This document shows, piece by piece, positions 12,831 to 25,890 of a stretch of 64,000 nt of DNA. This DNA is from the human T2T-CHM13v2.0 reference genome, Homo sapiens. Location of the stretch: the NCBI RefSeq assembly GCF_009914755.1, contig NC_060932.1. One strand, written 5' to 3'. A program made the translations under genes and the position numbers. The notes beneath the pieces were generated by a model. That model saw nothing but the letters and a program-made list of their open reading frames with translations, was not told where the DNA came from and did not search any database. Numbering within the stretch: the first letter of the stretch is position 1; each line of letters opens with the position of its first letter.

Positions 12831-14178
12831 TTAGGGAAAGAACAATCTAGGTTTCAAAACCAATAGAAGGGATCTACATACCACCTTTCCATGCGGAAGT
12901 ATTCTTGAAACACAACTTTGCCACCCCTTGTCACTAAACTTGAAGATATGTTCAGGGTAGCTACAAGGGAGACTAACTGATCAGGTAAACTACATGCCTT
13001 CAAAGACAGGACAGCTATAGTTGATTCTTTAAGCAAAAGCATGTTAGCTCCATATTACCACTGTGGTCTTCATGTCTCTCAGTATCTGCTGTGCAGACAT
13101 TTGCTTTTATTGCTTCACTGTCTAACTATATACATTTCTTAGGGGAGATGAAAAGATTGCTAAATCATAATTAACCTTCCAAACATATTGAGCATTTTTC
13201 CACGAATTCAGCTTCCAAGGAAAATTAATAGGCATCTATCTTCAGTAAATTATGAGCTACTGAAATGGGACTACAGTAACTAAATGCTCTTTATGTTAAA
13301 GGAAACTGAAGAGAGAGAGAGCATAGACTACTCTTTTGAGGTGTGATATGCACATGTCAAAGTCCATTGGACATGACTGCTATTAACCTGAAACTAAAAG
13401 TTTAGTGAGAAGAGTATGCTGGAGATGACAAATTTTAATAAATTCAATTCATTTAAAGTACAAAAAGAAAAATAAGAAACAAGCAATAGAGCCAGGAGGA
13501 AACCACATGCCCTTCTACTGCCTACAGTGCAGGTGAGTTCCACTAGATGAATTATCTGTTATCTTCAGCAACTGTGCTAGAAGCTGACATGAGTAGCTTG
13601 TTCAGTGGGTGTGGATGTGAGAATGATATCAGCCAGAGCCCTGGAAATTCATATGTCCTACCTGGCAGCAAACACTGACTCTTGATGACTCTCCAAACCT
13701 CATCTCATTTGAGATGAATGCCCAGGCAGTGCCCATGAAAAGTAATAGAGAATAAGTTGAGAAGAAGGTCCTGAACTGTAAGGAGAAGTATCTATTTGAA
13801 AACTATCTACTGTAGGGCTCAGAATTGAAATTTTAGAATCTGTTAGGAATTGTCAGTATAGAATGTGGAGAGAAAGTGCTATGAGACAGGTGCAGAATGC
13901 CTTAGGAGACAATAGGCTGACTGGGAACTATAAGGGAAGATATTGCAAAGTGGAGGTAGAAGGGGTAAAGAAGGGTACAGGAAATACAAATGAGATGAGG
14001 TTAAAATCTGTCATGGAGAAAATGAAAGCCAATTTTAAAGTACAATATATCAGATCAGAAATGTGAGGGATAAAATTATTTGCTTTCCAGAAATGTGCGG
14101 AAAAAGACAAATAGATGAAAACAAAGTACATTAGACTTTGGAGATTGAGCTTGATAGATGTTCTGAATCATTAATAAT

Positions 14179-15098
<920 letters not shown>

Positions 15099-15101
15099 AC
15101 C

Positions 15102-15119
15102 TGGTGGCCAGTACGGGGA
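15102..15119 (+). promoter_or_regulatory. Primer binding site, tRNA-Ile(AAT)
   Basis: TGGTGGCCAGTACGGGGA is the reverse complement of the recalled tRNA-Ile(AAT) 3' end TCCCCGTACTGGCCACCA; it lies 3 nt after the LTR. Confidence 0.9.
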
Positions 15120-16073
15120 ACTCTGTGCCTTCATGCAGTGGGACTCTGGCTGAGAGGGGAGACTCGTCCCATTTGATTTAGGTGGCCTACTCTCTCCTTG
15201 TGTCCCGGTTCCCCACATAAGCCAGAGACAAACCTGAGACTGTTATTCAGGAGACAACAGAATTGACACAGGGAGAAAAGCAGGCACTGCAGCAACCAGG
15301 CAACCTTGTGCATGAGCCAAGTTAGGAAAATTGAACTGTAAGCACTGCCTTGGTGGTTGGGCATTTTCGGAGGTCAAGTGTGTGTGACTGAGATGTATCT
15401 AAGATATGAAGCGAGTGCGGAGTCCCAATCCATGGTTCCATACTCCTGCGAGGGAAATGGCTCGAGATGGATGAAGTGATTCTTGGGTGTGCAAGAGACC
15501 TCCAGTGGCATGGCAGTGAATATACAGGGAAACACTCAGACACAGAGACTAACTGAAAATGGGAAATAAGAATTCTAGGCCTAGGGAACAAAGGAAAGAG
15601 GGAACTAAAGAAACTCCCTCTGAAATTCCCCCAAATAGTCCACTGGGGAGAATGCTACAGGTTTGGAGGGATAACCCTTGAACCAGCGACAAGGAAAAAC
15701 AAAAGATGATAAAGTATAGCTGTTTTAGGTGGCCCAAAGAGCTCATTCATCAGTTTTCCGTCTTTTGGCCTAAGTTTGGCTCAGATGAGGATTGAGTGTG
15801 CCAAACTTTAATTCTCTCTGTGAATGATAAAAACCCATCCTCACAAGAGGAGATGGGTTACAGTCTTTGTTGGATTGGTGAATTAACTCCCATGTTCCCC
15901 CTTAAAGAAGAGGAAGAAAAAAAAAGAGCATAGTAAAGAGCTGTCACTCAATGAAAAGCCCTGGGATCCCCTAAAATGCTTGACCCCACCTCCATACATC
16001 TCACAAAGTAGAAGACATGGAGATCAGGGCACAACAGGAAGATGAGAGGAAGAGGAATCTGGGGGTCATGAAG

Positions 16074-16259
16074 GAGGGGAGTTACACTAATTTTTTTTTC
16101 TGTCTTTTTTGTTTGTTTGTTTGTTTGTTTTCCTTTTTCTGGAGAATGGGGTCTCGCTATATTGCCCAGGCAGGTCTCGAACTCTTGGGCTCAAGCTATC
16201 CTCCAGCCTCTTGCCTCCCTGAGAGCTGGGATTACAGGCGTGAGCCACCACGCCCGGCC
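16074..16259 (-). pseudogene. BCYRN1: BC200 (brain cytoplasmic RNA 1) retrocopy; not the functional locus
   Basis: Minus strand reads GGCCGGGCGTGG..CCCAGCTCTCAGGGAGGC..GGATAGCTTGAGCCC..GAGACCTGCCTGGGCAATATAGCGAGACCCCATTCTCCAGAAAAAGGAAAA..AAAAGACAGAAAAAAAAATTAGTGTAACTCCCCTC. This covers the BC200-diagnostic Alu domain, the A-rich domain and the start of the unique domain. TSD GAAGGAGG. Confidence 0.92.
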
Positions 16260-16777
16260 GAAGGAGGTAAACCCAATGCTCTCTTAGATTCCTATCCAAA
16301 CTTGAGGAAAGAATTAGAACAATGTAAGAAGGACATTGAGAATTTCCCTATCCCCTCTAAACAGCAGATGTCTAACATGTACCCTCTTAGAGAAGTCCCT
16401 ATGGGACAGGAGGAGTTGGATTTGTGAGTGCGCCTCTAACAATTACTGAGGTTAGGAGTTTTTAAAAAGGAAATGATGCCACTCTTGGAAGATCCCCTAG
16501 TTTTAGCAGAGCAGCTAGATCAATTTTTTAGGACTCAGTTTTTATACTTGGGCTGAGATGCTGTCAATCATAAATATTCTATTTACTGAGGAAGAGAGGG
16601 GAATGATTAGAAGGGCAACCATGAACATTTGGGAGAGACAGCATCCTCCCAGGCAAGGAGTACTGTCAGCTGAGTAGAAATTCCAAAATGCAAATCCCAG
16701 ATGGGATAACAATAATCCCAGAGATCAGACCCAAATGCAGGACCTAAGGGAACTAAGGGATTAAAAAGTCCACTCCT

Positions 16778-17197
<420 letters not shown>

Positions 17198-17352
17198 TCA
17201 AGGTTAGATCCAGAGAACCCAGTACGGCAAAGCCTTTTAAAGGTTAATTTTGTGACTAAAAGCTGTCCTGATATTACTAAGACACTGCAAAAGATTAATG
17301 GATGAAATAACGGATTAAGGGATTACTGAGGGAAGCTCAAAAGGTTTTTGTT

Positions 17353-17700
17353 AAAAAAAGAAAGAAAGAAAAGAGAAACTGGGAAAGGGAGGAAAAGAAA
17401 AAAGTAAGAAGGGAAATCAGAAAGAGAAAGAAGAGGAAACAGCAAAGGTAGAGGGCCAGAGAGAGAGAGAAAGAGGAAGAAACGAGTGTGAGGGAGAAAG
17501 AAAATGAGATGACAGAGAGAGAGATAGAAGAAGAAAATAAGCGAGAGAGGGACTGGGGCAGACGGAGATCAAAGAGAGACACAGAAGGTGAGATTGAAAA
17601 GAAAGATAACGTAAGAGGAAGAAAAAGTAAAGTACAAGAAGAAGCGAGGGAGAGAGAGAGAGACCATAAAAGACGGGAGACAAAGAGACAAAAGCGCAAG
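17353..17700 (+). repeat. GA-rich polypurine low-complexity tract at the gag-pol deletion
   Basis: About 350 bp of almost pure A/G between gag ..LLREAQKVF and pol AVAATALLVEES. Confidence 0.9.
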
Positions 17701-17703
17701 TAA

Positions 17704-19665
17704 GCAGTAGCTGCCACGGCCCTGCTGGTAGAGGAGAGTCGGAAGCTGACCTTCGGCAGGGCCCTGGTAGTAAGCACCCCACAATGGGTCAGGAATATAT
17801 TAAATCAAAGAGCTGGGAGATGGCTGACTGATTCCCGGAGTTTAAAACATGAAGCCATATTACTAGAAAAAGATAATTTGGTTTTAACAACAGATACTTG
17901 CTTGAATCCAGCCAGTTTCTTATGGACAGGAGAGGAGAATGAGGAGGCATCAGACCATAACTATTTAGATATCATAGAATGTCAAACCAAAGGTAGACCA
18001 GACCTTAGAGGAACTCCACTATATTATGGGATAAGGCTGCTTGTGGAGGGGTCATCCCAAGTGATAAACGGTAAAAGACACGATGGCTTTGCTGTCACTG
18101 ATGGAAACAAACAATCCTTATGTGAAAAAGGTAGATTGCCCAATAACTGGCCAGCCCAAACCTGTGAATTACATGCTCTTAACTAGGCCCTAAAGCTCCT
18201 AGAAGGCCAAAAAGGCATTATATATACTGATTCCAAATATCCCTATGGAGTAGTACACACCTTTGGAAAAATCTGGACAGAGCAGGGCCTAACAAATAGC
18301 AGGGGGAAAGAATTGGTACATGGGAAACTAGTCAAACAAGTTTTGGAAAACCTCCTGCTTCCAGCAGAGGTAGCCATAGTTCATGTAAATGGCCATCAGA
18401 AAGGAAACAGTATAGAAGCTGCAGAAAATAGGCTTGCAAATAAAGCTGCTAAGGAAGTCTCCCTGGAGGAAAAAGTTAAACTGTTTGGACCAATCCTAGA
18501 TATCCCTAAGGTGGTATTAAAACCCCAATTTTCTAAGGAGGAGGAGGAAGAGCTGGGCAAGATAGGGGCCACTCAAACTGAGGATGGGAGGTGGGTGCTC
18601 CCTGATGGGAGAGAAATGATAAACAAACCCATAATGAGAAAACTAATGTCCATACTCTATAAGGAAAGTCATTGGGGTCCTCAGCTGATGTGTAATACAA
18701 AGCTTAAGAATTATGGGTGTATAGAGATTTATACACTTGCTAAACAAGTGTGTGGGGGTTATGTGAGCAGCCAGAAAACAAACAAAAAGGTAGTTAAAAA
18801 ACAGACTACCAGAGGAAAACCTCCTAGGTTAAGGCCATTTCAAAGCATTCAGATAGATTTTACAGAAACAACCAAAATAGGGAGACAAAAGTATCTACTG
18901 GCAATGGTAAACCACCTCTCTGGCTGCCTTCTCCCTCCCAAATGCCACCCCCCGGAATGTGATAAAAATAATCTTAGAACAAATTATACCCAGATTTGGC
19001 CTGGTAGAAAATATTGATTCAGACAATGGGAGCCACTTTACCTCAAGGGTGCTAAGGGGAATTACGGTAGGTTAACATATTAGATGGGATTACCACACCC
19101 CTTGGTATCCCTCCTCCTCTGGAAAAGTAGAAAGAATGAATCAGATTCTCAAAAAACATATTATTAAACTAATCTTAGAAACTAAAATGCCTTGGACCTA
19201 ATGTCTCCCAATAGCACTTCTTAGGATTAGGACCGCCCCAAGGAAAGATGTGGGATTGTCTCGTGAGTTATTATATGGACTCCTATATTTAGGTAGGACT
19301 ACTGACTTTCCTACTATGGAAACGAAAGACCACTTTGTAAGAAATTATATACTGGCCATATCCTCCACCCTGTCATCCCTTAGGTTGAAAGGACCTCTCG
19401 CTCAAACCCTGCCTCTTGAGTCCATGGTTTACCACTTTCAGCTTGGAGACTAGGTGCTAATTAAGACTTGGAAAGAAGACAAGCTCTGCCCAAGCTGGGA
19501 AGGTCCCTACTCTGAGACAGCTGTATGAACAGCTGAATGGGGGTGGACGCATTACACTCAGGTCAAGTGACTGATAAAAGAACCCCTGGAAGGAAGAGAA
19601 ATGGGTGAATGGGAAGTGTATAGATCACCTAAAGAACCCTTAAAGCTAACTCTAAGGAAAACCTA
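17704..19665 (+). pseudogene. pol: HERV-I pol remnant: connection, RNase H, integrase (PR and RT absent)
   Basis: AVAATALLVEESRKLTFG; RNase H VEGSS, AQTCEL, IYTDSKY, VHVNGHQKG; IN PFQSIQIDF, DSDNGSHFT, SSGKVERMN; multiple stops and frameshifts. Confidence 0.88.
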
Positions 19666-19675
19666 GAAGGAAGCT

Positions 19676-21617
19676 ATGAGCAGGCTCTGTCATTGGGAGT
19701 GGATGTAGTTGGGATTAATTCTACTACCAGGGGTAAGAGGGTTCACAATTGTTGGATGGAGCCCGGTAGAAGAATAATATCCAATCAACGTAATAGTCAA
19801 CGTAACTAGAACCCCCATCCCCCAGACCATAAAGTTCAATGCCTGCCAATTCTTACATTTCGGGAATTTAGGGAACCAAAGACAGCTGTCACAAACAAAC
19901 AAATATCTATCCTGAAACAGGTTGTTACTGGGGAAAGCCCCATTCTAGCTGGAATGAGGTCTTGTGGACCACTCAATTTGGAGCCTGGGTGAGCCATTCT
20001 TCCCAAAACAAACCCTTAAAGAATAAAATACATTTGTATAAGGGCCCCATGCCACCTAACTGTAGAAATTTAGAATGCAATCCTATATCAATTACCATAA
20101 ACAATCCAGCTACTCTAGACCAGGAACCTTGGAGGTATGGATTAGGAATAAATGTCTCAGGAAGGGATCCCGTGGGAGAGTTGGCTTTTAGGCTAGTCAC
20201 CAAATCCACCCTGAGCCCACCCAGGGTTACTATAACTCCTGGTCCCACTACTTCCTTTAACCCACCAGACAATGACCCTAAGAGAGTAAAAATAATTAAG
20301 GTAACTGACTTGAGGCAGATTTTAGAAATTGAGACTGGACTGGGGGACGTAAATGCCTGGGTTGAATGGGTCAAATTTTCAGTACTAGCTCTGAATAAGA
20401 GCGACTGTTATGCATGCTCCACTGGGCAGCCTCAGGTCACAGGTGGTTCCATTTCCCCTAGGATGGGATACCAATCCTGATGGAATGCGTTGCATGTTGG
20501 CCCTATACCAGGACAGGGATGCATGGGGAAATGAGGCTTGCAAAAGTCTATTGTTCTTTCCCGTCTTGCAGAGATCAGACCCTAGAGCAATCCCCTTGTT
20601 CTCCATAGGGAATATAAACCACTCCTCTTGTCTCTCTAGGCAGGGGGCAGAGTTCAATAAGCCCATGGGAGGACTCTCAAGTTGTACCCACATCTGAAAC
20701 ATTACTGGTGAGTCAAAAAAAGGCAACTACTTGGCTCTTCATATACCCTGAGCTGATGTCTGGTGGTATTGTGGAAAGAGGAACCTCCGTAACTTGTTAC
20801 TGTCCAATTGGGCTGGGACTTGTGCCTTAGTTCAATTGGCCATTCCATTCACCCTGGCATTCCATAAAATCCCCAAGAATCCACATGGCCACCGAAGTCG
20901 GAGAGATCTAACAAATTATTTTAATCCCAACATTTATATTGACTCAATAGAAGTCCCTAAAGGAGTACCTAATAAATTTAAGGCCTGAAGCCAAATAGAT
21001 GCTGGATTTAAATCAGCACTCTTCTGGTGGTCGACTATTAATAAAAATATGAATTAAATTAATTACATCTTTTATAATCAACAAAGATTCATCAACTATA
21101 CTCAAAACGCTCTCAAAGGGGTGGCTAGCCAGTTAAATGCCACCAACCAAATGGCCTGGGAGAACAAACTTGCACTAAACATAATCTTAGCAGAGAAATG
21201 TGGCATATGCATCATGCTGGGTGGAAAGTGTTGCACTTTCATTCCTAACAATATGGCCCCAGATGGAAACATCACAAAGACATTATAAGGATTAACAACT
21301 TTAGCCAATGAATTGGTGGAAAATGTCAGAATTGATGACCCATTTACTGATTGACTAGAGAGATGGTTTGGGAAATGGAAAGGAATGGTAGCCTCCATTT
21401 TAACCTCCCTTATAATAGTGGCTGAAATCCTGACAGCTATAGGGTGTTACATTATCCCCTGTGTTACAGGGTTAACCCCAAAATTAATTGAAACAGCCAT
21501 CAACAAATGCCCATAATGTATCAACAATTATTAGAAACCAAATCACATCTACTGTCTTATAATGAAGAAAGTCAACAGTTCTTGAAACGATTTGAGGACC
21601 AAAGGATGCAAAAATAA
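19676..21617 (+). pseudogene. env: HERV-I env remnant (gamma-type SU/TM)
   Basis: SU CXXC (CYAC near 20405), furin site RSRR near 20892, ISD-like WENKLALNIILAE, CX6CC (CIMLGGKCC), hydrophobic TM; many stops. Confidence 0.85.
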
Positions 21618-21642
21618 ATGTGGAAATGGGACCAGAAGGAGT

Positions 21643-21663
21643 AAAAAGAAAAAGAGGAGGGAA
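21643..21663 (+). promoter_or_regulatory. Polypurine tract of HERV-I
   Basis: AAAAAGAAAAAGAGGAGGGAA just upstream of the 3' LTR. Confidence 0.85.
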
Positions 21664-21664
21664 T

Positions 21665-22275
21665 TGAAGGAAATAATGTATACAGTGGTCCATTTCCAAG
21701 ACAAAGTGCCTTGAATCGGTTTAGGTCAGCAAGATAATAAAAAATAGGATATACTAGGCCCCTGCTTGGATATTCAATGCCTGCTTTTTAGGCCTCCCCC
21801 ACCACCTCCCCCCCCACCCCCTTCACCTCTTAGTTGCCCTCACCTGAGCCAAAGAAGTTCCATCCAAGATGAAAGTTTACTAGCCTGCAAAATAGCTCAC
21901 TTTGTCTGTTCTTATCAGCCTGCCCAGATACTTAGGTCATAAGTCAAATACTTGAAAAACCCCTGAGCTGACTAGGATTGCAGTGCATTGTGGGCTGCAA
22001 CAAAATGCAGCAAGACAACCCTAAAGAAAGCACCTACAGCCCCTACCTATCTATAGGTGACATCCAGGAAGACTGTGACCTCATAGGACTCAGCCTAAGA
22101 GGAACCAGGGGAGGGACCAGTGCACTAGGGGATAAATTGCTTGTTGTAACTGTGTTACATGTGCCTGCCCGTTAGATCCCCGATCTTGCAAGACCGTCAT
22201 TGAAAGTCTCACTTTAGCCATCCTCTGGGCTCTGAGTTCATTCTTTGGTTTGGATGGGTGAGTTTGTTTCTCATA
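21665..22275 (+). mobile_element. 3' LTR of HERV-I provirus
   Basis: Homologous to the 5' LTR; terminal CA mutated to TA; followed by TSD ATAAT. Confidence 0.9.
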
Positions 22276-22399
22276 ATAATCAAAAACTTAATTTAAGAAA
22301 ATTCTTCTGATATGAACTTTTCCCCTTGGTATTCAGATTAAAAGTGTCTGGTAAAAATCCTGGCCAAAGAATACCTCTAATTTATTGAATTACAAAGTT

Positions 22400-23870
22400 A
22401 TGTAATAACTTATATAAGTCTTATAATAAGCCTCATTATCCAATATCAAAATGTATTATGACATATAATAATCAAGTGGAATATTGTTACAAGAATTTAT
22501 ACATATGCCTATAGCAATGAAATATAATAAAGAACCCAGAAAAAGCCATACAAAAGCATGAAAATGTGATGCATGACAGAGGAAGCATTAAAGCCAATGG
22601 GAAAAGAGTAGACTGTTCAATAATCCTGCTTGAATAATTTGTTATCCAAATATAAAGGTAATATAATAAATCCACCTCATATGATACACAAAAATATAAG
22701 TGGATTAAAGTCTTAATGTGTAAAGTAAAACTTCAAAAACGTTCGAAGATAATATTATGACCTAGAGAAGGAACAAATATTTTAAATAAGATGTCGCCAA
22801 GCCCAAATCATGAAAGAAAAATTAGATGTGCTATTTTAAAATTTTCTGCCTCTTTGCAGAAAATGACATTATACAAATGACAAGCAGTAGACTGGGAGAA
22901 GATTTTAGTAACACAAAAAATTGATAAGGCACTTTCTATCCAGAATAAAAAGGAGAATAACTTCTACTAATCCATAAGAAAAAGGCAACCAAAAAGAAAA
23001 AAAAATGAATAGGTACATGTAAAAGAAAACCTTAATGGCCAGTAAACAAATGAAAAGATGTTCCACCTCCCTAGTAACCAAGGAAGTAAAAATAGGACCC
23101 ATAATGAGATACACTTTACATGCAACAGACTGGTATAGATAAAAAATTCTGACAAAATCACATTAGCAAGGATGTGAATGGAGTTGGAAACTCTAATTGC
23201 TTGTGGGAGTGTAAATTGCCGCAGTTGATTTGGGAAGGACTTGGCAATATCTAGTAAAGCCGAAGTCTATGTGAAGTCAGATCTATTGCTTAGTAATTTG
23301 ACTCTGAGGATTTGATCCTGGAGAACCTTTCACAAAAATATGTGAATAAGAATCTTCACAGACATTTTGCCTGCAGTAGGAAGTTGGAAAGAACCTGAAA
23401 TGTCCACTTACAGGAGAATAATCAGATTGGTTACAATCTATTTAATACCACATTTAAATTATTTAAATAAAACTGTACATATCAATATAGTAATCACAAT
23501 AATATACTATTGAATGAAATAAGCCAGTTGCGGGATAGCCCATGGAACATGTACTATTCATAAAGCTTAAGCAGGCAAAACAATGTAATATATATTTCTA
23601 AACTGTATACATAGTTATAAACTATATATTATATAAATATACATATATAGGAAGGTATATATGTAGTAACATTTTTAAAATGTAGAGACATTTAAATATG
23701 TAGTAACTTTTGTTTAAATGCAGGGAAAGATAAATACTAAATTCGGGATAGAAGTTAATGTTGGTGGCTATAGAAAAACCTTGTCTTCATTAAGCTTTAT
23801 TTCATAAGCTTGGGGGATGGGCACATTGGAGATCTTACTGTTTATATTATTTGTAAGCACAAGATACTTA
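22400..23870 (+). mobile_element. Old L1M (ME-like) ORF2 3' part and 3'UTR
   Basis: GACTGGGAGAAGATTTT, AAATGAAAAGATGTTCCACCTCCCTAGTAACCAAGGAA, TGGGAGTGTAAATTG. Confidence 0.6.
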
Positions 23871-24694
23871 AAATAATAATACATAAGACTGTGACACTAA
23901 TAATACCAATTTACAATTTCAGATTACTTTTACAAACATTGTGAAGTATGAATAATAGGGGATGGCATAATGGTGAAAGTGAAAAAAAATGTACTGACTC
24001 TTTAATAGCTTATATTTTACAAACTAATTGTAGCCTTTTTTTGCCACTGATAATTAGAGAAATAGAGCTTAAAAGGTGCTTTTGAAAAACTTGGCAATTT
24101 CTCTATGCATAATTACAAAAACAAGACATATAAACTTTCCAAAACTCTGGGAAGATATAAGCAAATTAAACTTTGTACTTATAGAAAATGACATAAAAGA
24201 ACAACAAGGCAGAAAAACAAGAAAGCATGAAGAGAGTAATAGAAGAAATATCAATCATAGCAATTGATATAGAAACTAATTTAACTGAAATATCCAGTAC
24301 CTGACCTGTTTTGAATAAAATATTTTTTCTAGAGTTTGGATATCTTAACCTCAAAATGTGTTGTAGTGGATATGGCATAGAATAAATTTAGAATCTAAAA
24401 AGAAAAACAAATTTAAGGTTTCATGTTACCAAATATAATCTTGCTAGTTAATCTGAGAATGTGTTAGGTGTCTGTTATTCCTTTTCTTTTAGATTGAATG
24501 TAGGGCAAAAAATCCAAAACAATTTTAGTTATAAAAGAACATAAATGAAGTTTCTTATCAATTTTGACAACAAAACAGAACTTCAAATGTGCACTACTTC
24601 TCCTAAAAAAGGTAATTTAGCATCTGACAATAATATTAAAATGTTGTGTTAAATAAAAAGTGGTGGAAAATCATTTATCAGAGCAATAATTTGA

Positions 24695-25890
24695 CAGGCA
24701 GTAAAACATAGTGTTTAAGCTCATAAACTCCAGAGCTAATCTGTTTTTGAATCTCAGCTCTGATATTTACTCAGAGCTGGTATTTATAACCTTGGACAAG
24801 CTACTTAACTATTCTGTGTCTAGTTTCTTCATCTGTAAAAAAGGGAATAAAAATAGATCTCCGATATAATATTCAACATACTCAGCCACTGGTATAGTAA
24901 TATAAATTATTACTTAAATAAATACATATATTAAAATATATATTTTTTTATTTTCTAAATATATAGACAGGGTACATAGCAAAGTGGTTACTAAATAATG
25001 TGGTTACAGAGAAAACTCCTTATCAAATCATTTTATTCGCAAATCTCCTGTTAATTTTGAAAAGTGGTAATTGCGATTTTACCCCGATGAGTCATGGCTT
25101 GACATAGGAACTGCATCAAAATGTTTCAACATTCCCATTTAACTCATTATCATTAGGTCCTTGGTGTCTAGTGCTTTATTTTAGCCAGAAGGTGGCTTGA
25201 TGCCTGGTGTTTTGTTGCAGCCAGAAGGTGGCTGGACACATTGCTTATGAGGCAGAGCCAAGTATTCATTTAGATGGGAATACATACTCTATTGCTTGAA
25301 CCTTGGTTCATGCTGACAATGCTGCTGTGAATACCACCTGTCCTGCCACCTGGACAGATGCCCCTGCCAATGCTGGGCTTCCAAGGAGCAGCCAGTAGGC
25401 ACCGCAGACACTCTTGCCACCGCACAGCCTCTCTGTAGCCTTAGTTTCCTCAACAGTCACCAAGGTCTTTCTTCCTATGAGCCAGCACCACCCTTAGACC
25501 CCATCACCTGTCTCTGACCACTGCCAGGTGACATTATTTGGTGACTTGTGGTCTCAATAATTAAAGAGTTGCTCTTTACTGTTAGATAATATGCACCAGT
25601 ATTGCCATTTTAATACACACATTAGAATAGATTTTCTTTTATTTTCTAAACATATACACAGGGTACATAGCAAAGTGGTTACTAAGTAATATGTTACAGA
25701 AAAACCCAGAAGGGTTTTGGTATTTCTCTGATGGTTATGGCAATACTGGGTGCATACTATCTAATAGTAAGGAGACTTATAGGAGCTTTTAGTATCTTTG
25801 TGAGGATTACATAAGTTGATAAATGTAAAACTCTTAGAACAGTGCCTCCCACAAAACAGCCACTCAATGTTAACTCTTATTATTATTAGC
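24695..25890 (+). mobile_element. MIR split by a ~910-bp insertion (24863-25776)
   Basis: 5' half ACCTTGGACAAGCTACTTAACTATTCTGTG..CATCTGTAAAA; 3' half TTGTGAGGATTACAT..GTAAAACTCTTAGAACAGTGCCT. Confidence 0.7.
25572..25774. mobile_element. Unidentified ~200-bp TIR-bounded (MITE-like) unit
   Basis: Inverted repeats 25572-25608 and 25737-25774 match at 34/38 positions. Confidence 0.55.

Noticed and set aside
16074-16259. Functional BCYRN1 gene
   Set aside because: It lacks the C-rich 3' end and terminator, has a TSD, and sits inside ERV gag without the native upstream promoter.
17337-17784. Hydrophobic or charged ORFs over the GA tract (also 43815-44291)
   Set aside because: Artefacts of stop-poor polypurine/polypyrimidine sequence.
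19676-21617. Domesticated syncytin-like env
   Set aside because: Motifs are present, but the frame has many stops and frameshifts; the longest piece is 172 aa.
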